Source: Candidatus Blautia excrementipullorum (GTDB lineage Bacteria > Bacillota > Clostridia > Lachnospirales > Lachnospiraceae). Taken from it: 64,000 nt of DNA. Below, piece after piece: positions 50,416 through 60,045 of this stretch. A model generated the notes under the pieces. That model ran no database searches and had not been told where the DNA came from. It saw only the letters and a list, made by a program, of their open reading frames with translations. Positions within the stretch are counted from its first letter, which is position 1. The number at the start of each line of letters is the position of its first letter. The stretch covers positions 1,277 through 65,276 of the forward strand of contig DWYN01000149.1 of assembly GCA_019118645.1 (NCBI GenBank), in the 5' to 3' direction. A program made the translations under genes and the position numbers.

Positions 50416-51591
50416 ATGAACAAAAAACGGAAAAAGCTGTATATTTTCCTGCTGATTTTCAGTTTCCTTTTTCCGCCTCTTTCCGTCTGCGCCCAGGAAG
50501 CTGATTCTGGGCCTGCGGTGAGCGCGCCAAGCTATGTACTGATGGAGCCTGATACAGGAACGGTCATCTGTGAAAAAGAAAAAGATACAAAAAGAAGTCC
50601 TGCAAGTGTTACGAAGGTAATGACACTGCTTCTTATTTTTGATCATCTGGAAGACGGTTCTCTGAAACTGAGCGATTCTGTAACAACCAGCACCTATGCA
50701 AAATCTATGGGAGGTTCCCAGGTTTTTCTGGAAGAAGGGGAAGTCCAGAGCGTGGAAACTATGATCAAATGTATCGTAGTGGCATCCGGAAACGATGCCA
50801 GCGTGGCTATGGCGGAGCACATTGCGGGAAGCGAGGCGTCATTTGTAAAACAGATGAATGAAAGAGCTGCCGGCCTCGGAATGAAAAACACACATTTTGA
50901 GGACTGCTGCGGTCTTACAGATTCCGATAATCATTATACGACTGCTTACGACATTGCGCTTATGAGCCGGGAACTGATTTTAAAATATCCGGAAATACTA
51001 AAATATTCGTCCATATGGATGGAAAACATTACCCATGTAACTGCGCAGGGAAGCAAGGAGTTCGGTCTGACAAACACCAATAAGCTGATTCGTACATATG
51101 AGGGGTGCGTAGGACTGAAAACGGGAAGCACCAGCAAGGCAAAGTTCTGTATTTCCGCGGTTGCCCGAAGAAAGGACATCAGCCTGATTTCCGTTGTAAT
51201 GGCAGCGCCTGACTCAAAGACAAGACAGAAAGACGCTGCAGCCCTTTTTGATTACGGATTTGCGAGATGCAGTCTGTATACAGATGAAAAACCAGAAAAG
51301 CTTCCTTCCGTAAAGGTTAAAAAAGGAGTGGAGGAGACTGTCCCTCTGGTGTACGAGGAAAAGTTTCAGTACCTGGATACAGAAGGGCAGCCGATCACAG
51401 AAATATCAAAGAAGAGGATTCTGCCTTCGGAAGTAAAGGCTCCTGTCAGAAAAGGCCAGCAGGCCGGGGAAGTTATTTATTACCGAAACGGCGAAGAATT
51501 AGGCAAAGTTCGAATTTTGTATGCGGACTCTGTGTCCAGGGCGGCATACACGGACTGTCTGGAAAAGATTTTGGACTGTCTGTGGCTTTAG
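50416..51591 (+). CDS. D-alanyl-D-alanine carboxypeptidase (DacF-like)
   Basis: PASVTK, SGN, KTG; SMGGSQVFL. Confidence 0.9.
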   Translation: MNKKRKKLYIFLLIFSFLFPPLSVCAQEADSGPAVSAPSYVLMEPDTGTVICEKEKDTKRSPASVTKVMTLLLIFDHLEDGSLKLSDSVTTSTYAKSMGGSQVFLEEGEVQSVETMIKCIVVASGNDASVAMAEHIAGSEASFVKQMNERAAGLGMKNTHFEDCCGLTDSDNHYTTAYDIALMSRELILKYPEILKYSSIWMENITHVTAQGSKEFGLTNTNKLIRTYEGCVGLKTGSTSKAKFCISAVARRKDISLISVVMAAPDSKTRQKDAAALFDYGFARCSLYTDEKPEKLPSVKVKKGVEETVPLVYEEKFQYLDTEGQPITEISKKRILPSEVKAPVRKGQQAGEVIYYRNGEELGKVRILYADSVSRAAYTDCLEKILDCLWL

Positions 51592-51608
51592 AGGAACGGA
51601 GGATTCTT

Positions 51609-51637
51609 TTGACAAGACGGTACGCTGGGGTTATAAT
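51609..51637 (+). promoter_or_regulatory. Consensus sigma-A promoter
   Basis: TTGACA-17-TATAAT. Confidence 0.85.
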
Positions 51638-51690
51638 AAGCCCTGAATAAAGTCTGGTGGAAAGGAACAAAAACGAGAGGAATAAAATCT

Positions 51691-52722
51691 ATGAAAGAAA
51701 TTCGTACAGAAGATGCGGTAGGACATATTTTATGTCATGATATAACGCAGATTATTAAAGATAAAAAGAAGGGCGTTCTTTTTTCGAAAGGGCATGTTGT
51801 GCGCGAAGAAGATATTCCTGTTCTGCTTTCTGTAGGAAAGGAGCATCTTTTTGTCTGGGAAAAGAAAGAGGGGATTCTCCACGAAAATGACGCGGCCAGA
51901 ATCCTGTACCGTATCTGTGCCGGAGCACATATGCACGGAACAGAGATTAAAGAAGGAAAAATCGAACTGGTTGCCGACTGCAACGGACTTCTTAAAATCC
52001 GCCGAGACGCCCTGCTTCGGGTCAATTCTCTGGGAGAAATGATGATCGCATCCAGACACGGAGATTTTCCAGTAAAAAAAGGAGACAAAATCGCCGGAAC
52101 CAGGATCATTCCTCTTGCCATTGAAAAGGAAAAAATGGAGAAGGCCGCGGACTGTGCCGGGAAAGAGCCTATTTTTTCCCTGCTTCCTTTTCTCCCCAAA
52201 AAGACCGGTATCGTGACAACCGGCAGTGAAATCCGGAAAGGACTGATTCAGGATACTTTTACACCTGTTCTCAGAGAAAAACTTGCTGAGTACCCCGGCG
52301 AGATCATCGGGCAGACCCTTCCCGGCGATGACAGGGAACAGATAACTTCAGATATACTTCGGTTTATTGACAATGGAGCAGATATGGTAATCTGCAGCGG
52401 AGGAATGAGCGTGGATCCGGACGACCGTACGCCCGGCGCGATCAAGGACACCGGCGCGAGAATTGTCACCTACGGCGCTCCGGTTCTTCCGGGGGCAATG
52501 CTTCTTCTGGCATATTATGAAAAAGGCGGCAGGACTGTACCTGTTCTGGGACTGCCGGGCTGTGTCATGTATGCCAAAAGAACCGTCTTTGATCTGATAC
52601 TGCCAAGAATAATGGCTGACGATCCCATAGAGGCACAGGAAATTTCTGCCTTGGGAGAGGGAGGGCTCTGCCTGAACTGTGACGTCTGCACTTTCCCCAA
52701 CTGCGGGTTTGGAAAATTATGA
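51691..52722 (+). CDS. MoeA-like molybdopterin-binding protein with C-terminal four-Cys motif
   Basis: HDITQI, TTGSE, SGGMSVDPDD.TP, PVLPGAM, GGLCLNCDVCTFPNC. Confidence 0.85.
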   Translation: MKEIRTEDAVGHILCHDITQIIKDKKKGVLFSKGHVVREEDIPVLLSVGKEHLFVWEKKEGILHENDAARILYRICAGAHMHGTEIKEGKIELVADCNGLLKIRRDALLRVNSLGEMMIASRHGDFPVKKGDKIAGTRIIPLAIEKEKMEKAADCAGKEPIFSLLPFLPKKTGIVTTGSEIRKGLIQDTFTPVLREKLAEYPGEIIGQTLPGDDREQITSDILRFIDNGADMVICSGGMSVDPDDRTPGAIKDTGARIVTYGAPVLPGAMLLLAYYEKGGRTVPVLGLPGCVMYAKRTVFDLILPRIMADDPIEAQEISALGEGGLCLNCDVCTFPNCGFGKL

Positions 52723-53516
52723 ATAAATTCAGGACAAAAATCTATCATATTTCAACGAAGAAGCTGAAGGGGGATTCCCCTGTAAAATTTGCTGTGCTGG
52801 CGGATCTGCACGGTGTAATGTATGGCTGCGGGAATCATATGCTTCTTCAGCGGATCGAGGGGGAAAACCCGGATGCGGTACTGATTCCCGGGGATATGAT
52901 ATACAGCGGCGATCCGGCTACCCTGTATCCGGTTGCCGATTTTCTCATCCGATTATCCGATAAATATCCGGTTTTTTATTCCCTGGGAAATCATGAATAC
53001 AGAATGCTGCTTGATCCTGCCCTTCATTCGGAATATCTGGAATATGAACGGCTTCTCACAAGCGCAGGCGTATGCTTTTTGCACAATGAGCACACTTCGA
53101 TGAAAATTCAGGGAACAGATTTTGTTTTCTGCGGTCTGGAACTTCCCGCGGAATACTATAAAAAACCAAAATCTCCTGCTCTCAGCCTTACGGCTATGGA
53201 GGAGCTTGCCGGCCCTGTCGCCCAGGAGGGAATTCGGGTGCTGCTGGCACATAATCCCAAATACGGAAACACCTATTTTTCCTGGGGAGCGGATCTTATT
53301 TTTTCCGGCCATTACCACGGAGGAATTTTCCGGATTAATGAGAACCGGGGGGTGATTTCTCCTCAATTTCATCTGTTTCCGGCGTTTTGCTGCGGAGAAT
53401 TTAAAAGAGGCGGCAGCCATATGATTGTAAGCGCAGGCCTCGGTGAACATACGCTTCCTGTCCGGATTCATAATCCAAGGGAACTGATTTTCACAGTGCT
53501 TCTCCCCGCAGAGTGA
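52719..53516 (+). CDS. Metallophosphoesterase
   Basis: DLH, GD, GNHE, LAHNP, GHYHGG. Confidence 0.9.
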   Translation: MNKFRTKIYHISTKKLKGDSPVKFAVLADLHGVMYGCGNHMLLQRIEGENPDAVLIPGDMIYSGDPATLYPVADFLIRLSDKYPVFYSLGNHEYRMLLDPALHSEYLEYERLLTSAGVCFLHNEHTSMKIQGTDFVFCGLELPAEYYKKPKSPALSLTAMEELAGPVAQEGIRVLLAHNPKYGNTYFSWGADLIFSGHYHGGIFRINENRGVISPQFHLFPAFCCGEFKRGGSHMIVSAGLGEHTLPVRIHNPRELIFTVLLPAE

Positions 53517-53561
53517 GTTTATGGGAATCCGCAGATATTTTTTAGAAAACATGGACAAATT

Positions 53562-54347
53562 ATGGCGATAGATGTAAAAATAAATGTTTTTGAAGGACCA
53601 CTGGATCTTCTTCTTCATTTGATTGAAAAGAATAAGATTGATATTTATGATATTCCGATTGTAGAAATCACCGATCAGTATATGGAGTATCTTCACAGCA
53701 TGCCAACGGAAGATCTGAGCGCTATGAGCGAATTTCTGGTAATGGCAGCAACCCTTCTCGACATTAAATGCAAAATGCTTCTTCCCAAGGAGAAGAACGA
53801 AGAAGGAGAAGAGGAGGATCCCAGAGAGGAGCTTGTTCAGAAGCTTCTGGAATATAAGATGTATAAATATATGTCCTATGAATTGAAGGAATGTATGGAT
53901 GAGGCGGACGGTGTTTTCTATAAAAAACCGACCATTCCGGAGGAAGTTCTGAAGTATCGTGAGCCTGTGGATCCCAAAGAGCTTCTTTCGTCTCTGACCC
54001 TGGAACGTCTGAACCAGATTTACCAGTCCATACTAAAAAAACAGGAGGCAAAGATCGATCCCATCCGAAGTAAATTCGGAACGATTGAGAAAGAAGAAGT
54101 AAGTCTTTCCGACAAAATGGTGGAAATGAAAACCTATGCCTCCTCTCACCGGCGCTTCCGCTTCCGGCAGCTTCTGGAAGGACAGCCCTCCAGAACTCAG
54201 ATTGTCGTTACTTTTCTGTCGATTCTGGAGCTGATGAAGATGGGGTATATCCATGTGGAACAGGAAACTCTGTTCGACGATATTCAGGTAGAAGTTACAC
54301 AGGATCCGGATACCTGGAAACACTTGACAGAGTTTGCTGATGAATAA
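53562..54347 (+). CDS. scpA: Segregation and condensation protein A
   Basis: FEGPLDLLLHLI, EFLVMAATL..IK, TFLSILEL. Confidence 0.96.
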   Translation: MAIDVKINVFEGPLDLLLHLIEKNKIDIYDIPIVEITDQYMEYLHSMPTEDLSAMSEFLVMAATLLDIKCKMLLPKEKNEEGEEEDPREELVQKLLEYKMYKYMSYELKECMDEADGVFYKKPTIPEEVLKYREPVDPKELLSSLTLERLNQIYQSILKKQEAKIDPIRSKFGTIEKEEVSLSDKMVEMKTYASSHRRFRFRQLLEGQPSRTQIVVTFLSILELMKMGYIHVEQETLFDDIQVEVTQDPDTWKHLTEFADE

Positions 54348-54364
54348 CAGGAATGAGGGCTTAA

Positions 54365-54934
54365 ATGGAGATAAAAAAAGCTGAGGCCGCTATAGAGGCA
54401 ATCCTTTTCGCTCTGGGTGAATCTGTGGAGCTATCCCGGATTGCCGATGCGATCGGCCAGGACAAAGAAACAACACGCAGACTGATTCACCATCTGATGG
54501 ACAGATATCAGGAGGTAGACAGAGGCATACAGATCATTGAACTGGAACAGTCTTACCAGATGTGTACAAAAAAAGAATATTATGCCAATCTGATCCAGAT
54601 TGCAATGCATCCCCAGAAACCTGTGCTGACCGATGTCATGCTGGAGACCCTTTCCATCATTGCCTACAAACAGCCGGTGACAAAGGCGGAAATCGAAAAA
54701 ATCAGAGGGGTAAAATGCGACCATGCCATAAACAAGCTGGTGGAATATAATCTGGTTCGGGAATTGGGGCGCCTGGATGCGCCGGGGAGGCCGATCCTCT
54801 TTGGAACAACCGAAGAGTTCCTGCGCACTTTCGGGGTACAGGGACTGGACGAGCTTCCGGTTCTGGATCCGGTGCAGCTGGAAGATTTCAAGGCGGAAGC
54901 AGAAGAGGAAATTCAGCTGAAGCTGGACGTCTGA
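54365..54934 (+). CDS. scpB: Segregation and condensation protein B
   Basis: IEAILF, ETLSIIAYKQP, PGRP..FGTT..FL. Confidence 0.96.
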   Translation: MEIKKAEAAIEAILFALGESVELSRIADAIGQDKETTRRLIHHLMDRYQEVDRGIQIIELEQSYQMCTKKEYYANLIQIAMHPQKPVLTDVMLETLSIIAYKQPVTKAEIEKIRGVKCDHAINKLVEYNLVRELGRLDAPGRPILFGTTEEFLRTFGVQGLDELPVLDPVQLEDFKAEAEEEIQLKLDV

Positions 54935-55002
54935 GAAAGAACGGCCGGAGAATTTCCGGCAGATAAAAACAGGCCCATATTTACAGAAAGGATACGGAGA
55001 AC

Positions 55003-55797
55003 ATGCCTACCACATATACACATGATTTATTTGGAAAAAAGATATATCGCCAGCTTCCGGATGAGATGAAAAAGGTGATACGAAAAAACGGAGATTTATA
55101 TCGAATCGGTCTTCACGGACCGGATATCCTCTTTTATCATCTTCTGAAACCGGCAGTAAACGGAACAGGGGTGGAGATGCACCACAATCCGGCAGCGCCC
55201 TTCTTCTTAAGAGGAATGAGTCTGGTGAGAGACCGGGGTGATGAGAAACTTCTGGCCTATCTTCTGGGGTTTGGCTGTCACTATCTTTTGGACAGTACCT
55301 GCCATCCCTATGTAGACGACATGGCAGAAAAGAAGATTATCTCCCACACTCTGCTGGAAAAAGAACTGGATCGGACGCTGATGCTGGAGACTAACAGGGA
55401 TCCTCATCATTTTTATCCCTCAGACTGCATCGTCCCCAGAATTTCTTATGCCAGAGTGATTCATCGGGTATTTCCGCAGATTAAAATAAAAGATATCTTT
55501 TTTTCACTCCGCATGATGAAATTTCTCACAAATCTCATGGTTTACGACAACAGAGGAAAACGCCGCTTCTTTCTCCGCATTTTCACAGGAATTGGAGGGA
55601 GGAAGCTGTCCGCTTCCGCGATGGATCATTTTATGAGGAAAGATCCCGCTCCCGGAAGCGAAAAGCCGGTGGAAGAACTTCATAAACTTTTCGACCAGGC
55701 CGTACGGGAGTCGCCGGCCTGTCTAGAAGAGCTGTATGCTCTTTCGAAGGAGGAGCTTCCGCTGTCATCGCGCTGGTATCATACCTATAACGGATAA
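55003..55797 (+). CDS. Zinc-dependent phospholipase C family protein
   Basis: MP..YTH, GPDILFY, HYLLDS.CHPYV, H..LE. Confidence 0.82.
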   Translation: MPTTYTHDLFGKKIYRQLPDEMKKVIRKNGDLYRIGLHGPDILFYHLLKPAVNGTGVEMHHNPAAPFFLRGMSLVRDRGDEKLLAYLLGFGCHYLLDSTCHPYVDDMAEKKIISHTLLEKELDRTLMLETNRDPHHFYPSDCIVPRISYARVIHRVFPQIKIKDIFFSLRMMKFLTNLMVYDNRGKRRFFLRIFTGIGGRKLSASAMDHFMRKDPAPGSEKPVEELHKLFDQAVRESPACLEELYALSKEELPLSSRWYHTYNG

Positions 55798-55824
55798 AAA
55801 AGGCTGTCAGGCAGAGACGGCAGG

Positions 55825-55852
55825 GAATAATACGGACAGGTCAGCATAAAAT
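55825..55852 (+). promoter_or_regulatory. Possible sigma-E promoter
   Basis: GAATAA...CATAAAAT upstream of the dacB-like gene; spacer slightly short; B. subtilis dacB is sigma-E controlled. Confidence 0.45.
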
Positions 55853-55881
55853 AGTCCTATAGAACCGGAAAGAGGTGGACT

Positions 55882-57171
55882 ATGAAATTCAGAGGAACTG
55901 CCCTAATATTTCTGCTGGTATCTGTCTTTTTTTTCGGTTGTGTGACAATCCGGGCAGAAAATTATGACCATATGAAACAGATCGTGCCAGAAACAGCCGA
56001 AACAGAAGAGTATCCGCAGATACGTCACGAAACTGAAAAACAGGAGGAAGCCGGCGGCGATCCGGGACATCTCTACGCCCTGTCCGCCGTTCTTATGGAT
56101 GGGGATTCCGGGAGAGTGCTGTATGAGAAGGAGGGAGAAACTCCCCGCCCAAATGCAAGCACAACAAAAGTCCTGACCTGTATGCTGGCTCTGGAATACG
56201 GCGCCGGAGACGATTATGTGACCGTCTCTGCCAGAGCGGCTTCCCAGCCGGATGTGCAGCTGAATATCGAAGAAGGAGAGCAGTATTATCTGGAAGATCT
56301 TCTCTATTCGCTGATGCTGCAGAGCCATAATGACACGGCGGTGGCTATTGCGGAACATATTGGCGGTTCTGTGGAGGGATTTGCCTCTATGCTCAATAAA
56401 AAAGCCGAAGAGATCGGCTGTACGGACACTCATTTCGTTACGCCCAACGGGCTGGATGCGGAAGACGAAGGCGGAAGCCATCACACCACCGCAAGGGATC
56501 TGGCGCTGATTATGCGCTATGCGATTAAAAGCCGGACTTTTTTGAAAATCACGGAGACACGGGAGTATACATTTTCAGATATCAGCGGAAAGCGGACGTT
56601 TACAGTTCACAACACAAACGCTTTTCTTGATATGACAGATGGAGTCCTTTCCGGAAAAACCGGTTTTACCGGGGACGCCGGATACTGTTATGTCTGTGCC
56701 TGCACAAAAAACGGAAAGACTTTTATTATTTCTCTGCTTGGCTGCGGATGGCCCAATAATAAAACCTACAAATGGAAAGACGCAGTGACGCTTCTGAATT
56801 ATGGAGATCAGAATTATGAATACAAAACCTTTTTCCGCCAGCCGGAGCTTCCGGTCATTCCTGTGGAAAACGGAGTCCCCGAATCCGGCGGACTTGAAGG
56901 CAAAGCCTCCGTTCTGGGGACTATGCATGTCAGCGGCAGTGAAAAGGAGAAAGAAGTGCTTCTGAGGAATGATGAAAAGATAGAGTGCCGGGTCGCCGTG
57001 AAAAAAAAGCTTGCGGCTCCTGTAACAAAAGGTGAGGAAATCGGAAAAGTTACTTTTCTTCTGAACGGAAAGGCTTTGGTTTCTTACCCGGTTGTGGCAG
57101 ATCAGAATGTGGAAGAGGTATCCTATCTGTGGTGTGTAGATCAGGTCTTTCACAGTTTTTTTCATGAATAA
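55882..57171 (+). CDS. D-alanyl-D-alanine carboxypeptidase (DacB-like)
   Basis: ASTTK, SHN, KTGFT; downstream of scpAB. Confidence 0.9.
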   Translation: MKFRGTALIFLLVSVFFFGCVTIRAENYDHMKQIVPETAETEEYPQIRHETEKQEEAGGDPGHLYALSAVLMDGDSGRVLYEKEGETPRPNASTTKVLTCMLALEYGAGDDYVTVSARAASQPDVQLNIEEGEQYYLEDLLYSLMLQSHNDTAVAIAEHIGGSVEGFASMLNKKAEEIGCTDTHFVTPNGLDAEDEGGSHHTTARDLALIMRYAIKSRTFLKITETREYTFSDISGKRTFTVHNTNAFLDMTDGVLSGKTGFTGDAGYCYVCACTKNGKTFIISLLGCGWPNNKTYKWKDAVTLLNYGDQNYEYKTFFRQPELPVIPVENGVPESGGLEGKASVLGTMHVSGSEKEKEVLLRNDEKIECRVAVKKKLAAPVTKGEEIGKVTFLLNGKALVSYPVVADQNVEEVSYLWCVDQVFHSFFHE

Positions 57172-57177
57172 TGTCTC

Positions 57178-57214
57178 AAAAACGCAGCGTGCCTTTCCGG
57201 AGAGCTGCGTTTTT
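57178..57214 (+). terminator. Intrinsic terminator
   Basis: AAAAACGCAGC...GCTGCGTTTTT. Confidence 0.8.
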
Positions 57215-57289
57215 CGTTTAAAAAGCATCCCCTCGTCTTAAAAAAATATTCCATATCTCTATGAAATTAAGCGAATAAGGGCTCTCAGG

Positions 57290-57351
57290 GAGTTAAATTT
57301 TTAACAAAAATCTGGAAATCTATTGAAAAAAAAATGAAAAAAGGTTACAAT
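57290..57351 (+). promoter_or_regulatory. Rex-like box and sigma-A promoter of the decarboxylase operon
   Basis: GAGTTAA-ATTT-TTAACAA (57290-57307); TTGAAA-17-TACAAT (57323-57351). Confidence 0.6.
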
Positions 57352-57410
57352 TATAATCGGCTGAAATTTTGTTAATCATTAAATTTTTATAAAATGGAGG
57401 GCAAAAGAGA

Positions 57411-58847
57411 ATGAGTAATGCAACACAAAGCTTAGCAGGCACAAGAATTACTTCTTTGCTTGATGCGAACAGTTTTGTTGAAATCGGCAAAAGCGTAACT
57501 GCAAGATCCACAGACTTCAACATGACTGAAAAGAAAGCGCCTTCAGACGGTGTCATTACCGGCTACGGCGTGATCGATGGAAATCTGGTGTATGTATACA
57601 GCCAGGATATATCTGTACTGAACGGAACGGTCGGCGAAATGCATGCAAAAAAGATTTCATCCCTTTATGATCTTGCAATGAAGACAGGTGCACCGGTAAT
57701 CGGTCTGATCGATTGCGCCGGAATGAGACTTCAGGAAGCAACAGATGCCCTGGATGCTTTTGGTTCCATCTATTTAAAGCAGACACTGGCATCCGGCATG
57801 ATTCCTCAGATCACTGCAGTATTCGGAACCTGCGGAGGGGGTATGGCAATTGTTCCCGCTCTGACAGATTTTACATTTATTGAAGACAAAAAAGGAAAGA
57901 TGTTTGTCAACACTCCCAATGCTCTGGAAGGCAACTATACAGAAAAATGTGATACTTCAGCCGCTTCATTCCAGAGTGAAGAGACGGGGCTGATTGACCG
58001 GACAGGATCTGAAAATGAGATTCTCGGATGGATCCGCCAGCTGGTTGGCTTTCTTCCTTCCAATTTTGAAGACAACGATTCCTATGAGGAATGCACAGAC
58101 GATCTGAACCGTATCTGCGGAGATATCGCGTCCTGCGCAGGCGACACGGTCCTTGCATTGTCCAGAATCGCTGACAACGGTCTTTTCTTTGAGACAAAGA
58201 AGGATTATGGAAAGGACGTTGCAACTGGTTTCCTGCGTCTGAACGGAGCCACTATCGGCGCTGTGGCAAACAGAAAGGAAATTTACGGTGAAGACGGAAC
58301 AAAAACAGAAGAGTTCGACGGCACTCTGTCTGCAAGAGGTGCGAGAAAAGCGGCAGATTTTGTAAAATTCTGCGATGCTTTTGATATTCCTGTTCTGACA
58401 CTTACCAATGTGACAGGCTTTAAGGCGACTCTCTGCAACGAAAAGATGATGGCGAAATCTGTAGGAGAGATGATCCATGCGTTTGCGGACGCAACCGTGC
58501 CGAAAGTTAACGTGATCATTGGAAAAGCATACGGAACCGCCTATGTTGCCATGAACAGCAAAGCCATCGGAGCAGACTATGTTTATGCCTGGGACAATGC
58601 TGAGATCGGAATGATGGATGCTTCCCTTGCGGCAAAAATCATGTATCCGGGAGAAGACGCCTCTGTTCTCAACGAAAAAGCAGCAGAATACAGAGAGCTT
58701 CAGTCCGGCGTGGGATCTGCAGCAGCCAGAGGCTATGTAGATACAGTGATTGCCCCGGAAGAAACGAGAAAATATGTGATAGGGGCATTTGAGATGCTGT
58801 TCACAAAAAGAGAAGACCGTCCGGCAAAGAAACACAGCGCGGTCTGA
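57411..58847 (+). CDS. Acyl-CoA carboxyltransferase (MmdA / 12S-like)
   Basis: DGVITGYG, GMRLQE, SGMIPQI, KAADFVKFCDAF, KKH terminus. Confidence 0.88.
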   Translation: MSNATQSLAGTRITSLLDANSFVEIGKSVTARSTDFNMTEKKAPSDGVITGYGVIDGNLVYVYSQDISVLNGTVGEMHAKKISSLYDLAMKTGAPVIGLIDCAGMRLQEATDALDAFGSIYLKQTLASGMIPQITAVFGTCGGGMAIVPALTDFTFIEDKKGKMFVNTPNALEGNYTEKCDTSAASFQSEETGLIDRTGSENEILGWIRQLVGFLPSNFEDNDSYEECTDDLNRICGDIASCAGDTVLALSRIADNGLFFETKKDYGKDVATGFLRLNGATIGAVANRKEIYGEDGTKTEEFDGTLSARGARKAADFVKFCDAFDIPVLTLTNVTGFKATLCNEKMMAKSVGEMIHAFADATVPKVNVIIGKAYGTAYVAMNSKAIGADYVYAWDNAEIGMMDASLAAKIMYPGEDASVLNEKAAEYRELQSGVGSAAARGYVDTVIAPEETRKYVIGAFEMLFTKREDRPAKKHSAV

Positions 58848-58860
58848 GAGAGGTGGGCAT

Positions 58861-59607
58861 ATGAATCAGAGGTTAAAAAAAGCGTCTTCTGTCTGTGCGG
58901 CTCTTGCCTGCGCCGTGTCGCTGACGGTATCCGGCACATCATTCGTAATGGCGGCCGGTGAAATAGACGATGCGGTAAAAGATCAGATCGTCATGACGGC
59001 AGAAGGCCTTACGGATACGATTATTACATTAAGCGAAGACGAGATCGAGTCTTATCTGGAATCAGGCGATGAATTTACGGAAAATGCTATGAACGCCTGG
59101 AACGATGTGAGAGAAGATCTGGGAGAGCATAAAGAAACCGGAGAGACAGAAGTGGAAGCTTCCGGAGACGAATACACCGCAACTGTCCCTGTGGAATTTG
59201 AAAAAGAAGATGCTGAATTTGTCTATGAATTTGATGAGACAATGATGCCGGTTTCTGTAAGCGTGAATATTCAGTATTCACTGGCAACCAGCCTGAAAAA
59301 CGCGGCTCTGAATACGGTAATGGGCCTTGGCACAGTATTTGTTGTGCTTGCGGTTCTCATTTTCCTGATTTCCCTTTTCAAATATATTCCGGGATCTCCG
59401 GCCGCAAAGAAAAAAGAAGAGTCCAAGGCAGCGCCAGCTCCGGCAGCAGCGGCACCTGCGCCCGCACCCGCACCTGCAGCGGTTCCGGCAGCCGATGACA
59501 AAGAGCTGATCGCGGTGATCGCGGCAGCCATTGCAGCAGCAGAAGGAACGTCGCCAGATGGATTTGTAGTGCGTTCCATTCGTAAAATCAACCGTAAAAG
59601 AAGGTAA
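58861..59607 (+). CDS. OadG/MmdD-like subunit with extra exported N-terminal domain
   Basis: Signal-like N-terminus, acidic domain, TM NTVMGLGTVFVVLAVLIFLI, Ala-Pro linker, ELIAVIAAAIAA..FVVRSI. Confidence 0.85.
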   Translation: MNQRLKKASSVCAALACAVSLTVSGTSFVMAAGEIDDAVKDQIVMTAEGLTDTIITLSEDEIESYLESGDEFTENAMNAWNDVREDLGEHKETGETEVEASGDEYTATVPVEFEKEDAEFVYEFDETMMPVSVSVNIQYSLATSLKNAALNTVMGLGTVFVVLAVLIFLISLFKYIPGSPAAKKKEESKAAPAPAAAAPAPAPAPAAVPAADDKELIAVIAAAIAAAEGTSPDGFVVRSIRKINRKRR

Positions 59608-59630
59608 ATGACAATAGGAGGATTATAAAA

Positions 59631-60029
59631 ATGAAAAGTTATACAATTACCGTCAACGGAACTGCATATGAAGTTACAGTAGAAGAGAGAGGCAGCGCAG
59701 CGGCTCCGGCTCCCGCGCCTGCAGCAGCACCTGCACCAGCTCCTGCCCCGGCAGCGGCGCCAGCTCCGGCACCTGCACCGGCACCTGCTCCGGCAGCACC
59801 GGCAGGCGGCACAGGAGCAGTAAAAGTTACTGCATCTGTTCCGGGCAAGGTCGTAAAAATTGTAGCAGAACCGGGACAGGCTCTGAAGCCAGGCGACAGC
59901 ATTGTCATCCTGGAATCCATGAAAATGGAAATTCCGATCGTTGCTCCTCAGGAGGGAACTCTGGCAAGCATCGATACAACAGAAGGCGCATCCGTAGAAA
60001 ACGGAGATATCCTGGCAACAATGAACTAG
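59631..60029 (+). CDS. Biotin carboxyl carrier protein (MmdC / 1.3S-like)
   Basis: YTITVNG.AYEVTVEE, Ala-Pro linker, ESMKME. Confidence 0.93.
   Translation: MKSYTITVNGTAYEVTVEERGSAAAPAPAPAAAPAPAPAPAAAPAPAPAPAPAPAAPAGGTGAVKVTASVPGKVVKIVAEPGQALKPGDSIVILESMKMEIPIVAPQEGTLASIDTTEGASVENGDILATMN
59697..59803 (+). repeat. Ala-Pro low-complexity linker
   Basis: Degenerate GCN-CCN repeats encoding APAPAPAAA. Confidence 0.8.
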
Positions 60030-60045
60030 GACGGGAGGTATTCAA

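Noticed and set aside
59397-59803. GC-rich short repeats as CRISPR or VNTR
   Set aside because: Degenerate codons for Ala-Pro linkers typical of biotin-dependent decarboxylases; no spacer structure.
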